Virus record (IMG/VR): IMGVR_UViG_3300044606_000228
Span: 1-35,248 of that record
Reading direction: 5' to 3' (one strand)
Source: a virus
Taxonomy: Duplodnaviria > Caudoviricetes
Length of the DNA: 35,248 bases
The notes below the pieces were generated by a model. That model did no database searches. It was not told where the DNA came from and saw nothing but the letters and a program-made list of their open reading frames with translations. This document shows positions 32,654-35,248 of the stretch, piece by piece (position 1 is the first letter of the stretch; every line of letters begins with the position of its first letter). The translations under genes were made by a program, and so were the position numbers.

Positions 32654-32992
32654 CTATAACTCCTTATCTCCCCTTTGAGGGGTATGGGCGGGCAGACCTG
32701 CCTGACGAAGCCCAACTATGTCAGAGCACTTCGTTAGGTAAACTTTCGGCGTAGTCAGGGCCTGCCTGGTTATTCCAAATCTCAAAGCTACAGCCGTACC
32801 CGGCAGAAATTCTGATAAAAACTCTCTTGATACTTTTTCAACTTCCGAATCAACAGCCTTGCCCCGCTGCATACCTTTAGTAAGCCTCTTAACCTGTCTT
32901 AGCGAACATCCCAGGCGTGCTGCAATCTGCTTACACGTAAAGCCCTGCTTTTTCATTTCGATTACGGATTCACGGTTAATTAGTTTTGGCAT
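32654..32992 (-). CDS. HTH DNA-binding protein; C-terminus repeat-derived
   Basis: QGFTCKQIAARLGCSLRQVKR; second HTH-like VALRFGITRQAL. Confidence 0.7.
   Translation of the reverse strand: MPKLINRESVIEMKKQGFTCKQIAARLGCSLRQVKRLTKGMQRGKAVDSEVEKVSREFLSEFLPGTAVALRFGITRQALTTPKVYLTKCSDIVGLRQAGLPAHTPQRGDKEL
32667..32713. repeat. Degenerate family E/B composite
   Basis: tctcccctttgaggggt followed by gggcagacctgcctgacgaagccc. Confidence 0.4.
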
Positions 32993-32996
32993 AGAA

Positions 32997-33110
32997 TTAA
33001 TTAAAGAACATTTTTATTAATATCTCTTTTTCTTCAATTGTGAAACAAACGGTTGCCTGGTAACCATTCATTTTGCAATATTTTGCGTAAGCTGCTCTAA
33101 TGCCTGTCAT
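32997..33110 (-). CDS. 37-aa hypothetical peptide (not in ORF track)
   Basis: MTGIRAAYAKYCKMNGYQATVCFTIEEKEILIKMFFN fills the operon gap. Confidence 0.35.
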   Translation of the reverse strand: MTGIRAAYAKYCKMNGYQATVCFTIEEKEILIKMFFN

Positions 33111-33126
33111 ATCTATTTTCATATTG

Positions 33127-33345
33127 TTACTCTTCAAAATAGTTGTAGGTATATTCTTTTTGTTTCATCCGGTTATGGCAGGTTGGACACATATCATAAA
33201 TCTTTCCATCAGCGGGATCTATCTCGGAGTACCACCCCTTTTCTTTTGCCTGTGTTCTTTGTTCAGCCGGTGAGCTGTAAATATTCCCCGGGTAAATTTC
33301 ATTGCAGTTATCGCAGTATATAACGCGGTTAATCAGAGTGCTCAT
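33127..33345 (-). CDS. Small zinc-binding protein
   Basis: CDNC...A.EKGW...D.CPTC; ATGA overlap with the upstream gene. Confidence 0.7.
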   Translation of the reverse strand: MSTLINRVIYCDNCNEIYPGNIYSSPAEQRTQAKEKGWYSEIDPADGKIYDMCPTCHNRMKQKEYTYNYFEE

Positions 33346-33821
33346 GCCATCTCCAGTGATAATTGTTTAGATGCCTTCCGTTCAATCGTTTTATGCATCG
33401 AAACAGTCTCACTGGTCATAGTCTTCAGTTTGTTTAAGCAATCAGTCATTATATCGTCGGAAGAGTCCTGGAAGGCGCGTGTTACAAGGGCCGATACCTC
33501 AGAAGCCAGTACACTATAATCAGCAGCGATATCAAGCCCGTCCCCTCTTTTAATCTTGCCGTGCGGCAGCTTAATAAACACACCGCCGCAGGCCCAGCAT
33601 ATAAGCTCCAGCAGCTCATAATTATTTTTCAAATTCATTATTGGAACAATCACTTCGAGAGGTATAGGATGATCTTTATTTACATCGCAGATTTTCCATA
33701 AGTAGTTATAAGAACGGTTAACGTAGTCAGCACACTCGTAAGGATCGTAATTTTTCTTTCCCTTAGCCCTGCCGAATATCAGTTTATTAGCAGCTATTTT
33801 AATATCAGTTACAAAGTGCAT
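33342..33821 (-). CDS. Phage regulatory protein, CII (186/CP76)-like
   Basis: A..V.RSY.YL.K HTH followed by M....NY.LL..I....GGVFIKLP; position after the Cro-like gene. Confidence 0.55.
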   Translation of the reverse strand: MHFVTDIKIAANKLIFGRAKGKKNYDPYECADYVNRSYNYLWKICDVNKDHPIPLEVIVPIMNLKNNYELLELICWACGGVFIKLPHGKIKRGDGLDIAADYSVLASEVSALVTRAFQDSSDDIMTDCLNKLKTMTSETVSMHKTIERKASKQLSLEMA

Positions 33822-33903
33822 TCAAAAAATCCCCGATATTTTTAATTTACTCCCGTCAAAACGTTTGCTATATTTAAGGTACCCAAAAACAAAAGATTAG
33901 CTA

Positions 33904-34059
33904 TCATGCTGCTGACCTTTGTTTTTTGTTCTTCTTAAATAAAAGTTCCCGGTACTTATTGCCTTTACGCTTACCTGACAAAATCATGTAAAGGTACTGC
34001 CGGGAAACACCGAGCTCTTTGGCTGTTTTAGGAATATCTATTTTATAGTAAATCGGCAT
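33904..34059 (-). CDS. Cro/Ner-like HTH regulator (not in ORF track; alternative ATG at 34068)
   Basis: MPIYYKIDIPKTAKELGVSRQYLYMILSGKRKGNKYRELLFKKNKKQRSAA; divergent from the repressor. Confidence 0.8.
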   Translation of the reverse strand: MPIYYKIDIPKTAKELGVSRQYLYMILSGKRKGNKYRELLFKKNKKQRSAA

Positions 34060-34084
34060 AAGGCTCATTTTTTATTAAAAAAAG

Positions 34085-34160
34085 TGTTACCATTTTTAAA
34101 CACTCAAATGTAACACATCAGTAACAGTTTGTCAAGTCTAACTGCAACAAATTCGTAACA
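34085..34160. promoter_or_regulatory. Candidate repressor operators (GTAACA boxes)
   Basis: TGTTAC 34085, GTAACA 34110, 34121, 34155, GCAACA 34144; pairs spaced 11 bp. Confidence 0.55.
34107..34135 (-). promoter_or_regulatory. Early lytic sigma70-type promoter
   Basis: TTGACA (34135-34130), 17-bp spacer, TACATT (34112-34107). Confidence 0.72.
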
Positions 34161-34175
34161 TTATTTTTAGGTTTC

Positions 34176-34583
34176 ATGTATTTAGGTCAAAAAATAAAAG
34201 TTTTTGGGGATGAAAAGTTTGGCGGGAATGTAACACATTACTCACAAGCCACTGGTAAAAGCAGAACAGACTTATATAGGTATTTTCAGGAAAAATCAGT
34301 TCCCGGGGCTGATTTTATTGAAAAACTATACGAATTGGGCTGTGATATGGATTGGTTATTAGGGCCTTCTCCTGTATACCCGGAAAATATTGTAGCTGAA
34401 GAATCTATTGTTTATATGAAAAGCTTAAAAGAAGAGAATGATTATCTCAAGCAATTATTACTTGAGGTTTATAAAAATATTGAGGCAGAAAATAAGAATT
34501 TGGTTAACCTTCAGAATTATTTAAAGAATAAAGCCAGGGACATAAGCTTTGGCCTTGAGGGAATAGAAGTTGAATCTACTTAA
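34176..34583 (+). CDS. Phage repressor (XRE-type HTH, no peptidase domain)
   Basis: VTHYSQATGKSRTDLYRY....PGADFIEKL..LGCDMDWLLG; divergent from the early operon. Confidence 0.8.
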   Translation: MYLGQKIKVFGDEKFGGNVTHYSQATGKSRTDLYRYFQEKSVPGADFIEKLYELGCDMDWLLGPSPVYPENIVAEESIVYMKSLKEENDYLKQLLLEVYKNIEAENKNLVNLQNYLKNKARDISFGLEGIEVEST

Positions 34584-34602
34584 AAAATAATCGGGGAAAA
34601 TA

Positions 34603-35043
34603 ATGAAATACTTTGTTTTAGCAATGTTTATCAATTTATTATTTATATCTGGCTGTTTGATTTATACCCAGCCGAGAGAGGCTTATTTTACAGGCCTTAA
34701 CTTTTATCCTTTTATAGAGGAGGGATTTTTCATAACTCCAAATCAGTATGAAGGCGAGTCAGAACCTATAGGTTACTATAAAGTGAAATTGGAACCAGCA
34801 ATAGTTAAGAAAGGGCTGGTTCGGGATAGCACTGCCGGACGCTGGCTAACCAGGAGAAGTGATGTAGTTGATATTGAAGTCGTTACTGCTCAGGAAGCTT
34901 TAGATTCTTTAGTAACTATTTCGAGGGAAAAAGGTGCTAATGCTCTTTCTCAAGTTGTTTTTACTTATGAAACAGAGCGAATTTTTAATTATGATGTAAC
35001 ATCTGCTGTTGTTTCCGGATTCGCAATAAGAATAAAAAAATAA
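34603..35043 (+). CDS. Lipoprotein, possible YbjQ-like fold
   Basis: Lipobox ISG-C; ALD.L...SREKGANAL...VSGFAIR. Confidence 0.65.
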   Translation: MKYFVLAMFINLLFISGCLIYTQPREAYFTGLNFYPFIEEGFFITPNQYEGESEPIGYYKVKLEPAIVKKGLVRDSTAGRWLTRRSDVVDIEVVTAQEALDSLVTISREKGANALSQVVFTYETERIFNYDVTSAVVSGFAIRIKK

Positions 35044-35248
35044 CAAAATTTGGCGCGCCGTTTTTTAAAGTAATTTCTATAAAAACCAACATTTATAAAG
35101 TAACGCTTTTTGTGCTTTAATGTCACCTTTTTCTTTGTAAAATAAAGGCTTATTTGTCTCAGTTATTATATTAATTTGTTCTAACCCCCTTGTCTATAAT
35201 GATAATATCACGGAAAAATATCCTGTCCTTTATTTAAGGCATGGGGGA

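Larger units (their letters stand above)
1..35248. mobile_element. Mu-like transposable (pro)phage, near complete; exact ends not resolved
   Basis: DDE transposase, AAA ATPase, GemA, DUF3164, DUF935-like portal, terminase, capsid, tail, lysis and repressor all present. Confidence 0.93.

Noticed and set aside
1-35201. tctataatg at 1-9 and again at 35193-35201 as phage ends or target duplication
   Set aside because: Direct orientation, AT-rich and only 9 bp; no convincing TG...CA inverted ends or repeated transposase sites could be assigned without flanking sequence
1-35248. Alternative genetic code or stop-codon reassignment
   Set aside because: Standard-code ORFs tile the window densely and all three stop codons terminate credible genes
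1-35248. tRNA, rRNA, tail sheath or mom-like genes
   Set aside because: None recognisable by eye

Overview
The window is an apparently near-complete Mu-like (transposable) temperate phage or prophage of about 35 kb. It has a siphovirus-type tail: tube, G/GT chaperone pair and tape measure, with no recognisable sheath gene. From right to left the modules are: repressor plus lipoprotein (+); a divergent early operon (-) with an unannotated Cro/Ner-like HTH, CII-like, DUF3102-like, GemA, DDE transposase, DUF3164, AAA ATPase, C5 methyltransferase, MuF-metallopeptidase with small partner, ASCH, minimal PolX and DnaD-like genes; an oppositely oriented terminase-portal-neck block (+); then Clp protease, capsid, lysis, tail and fibre genes (-). 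The host is inferred to be in the Bacteroidota-Chlorobi-Ignavibacteria group (signal peptides followed by Gln). Clear SD sites and a sigma70 promoter favour a non-Bacteroidia member. The most unusual property is about 35 copies of at least 7 families of short REP-like or periodic repeats. They nest inside each other, supply stop codons and are translated in-frame in core genes, and include a 21-bp palindrome that inserts precisely. No cognate HUH/RAYT enzyme is visible. Also notable are Sec signal peptides on fibre/spike proteins, a possible repeat-bounded inversion, a homopolymer-shifted methyltransferase and a MuF toxin-immunity-like pair. All calls come from reading motifs by eye; no searches were run.
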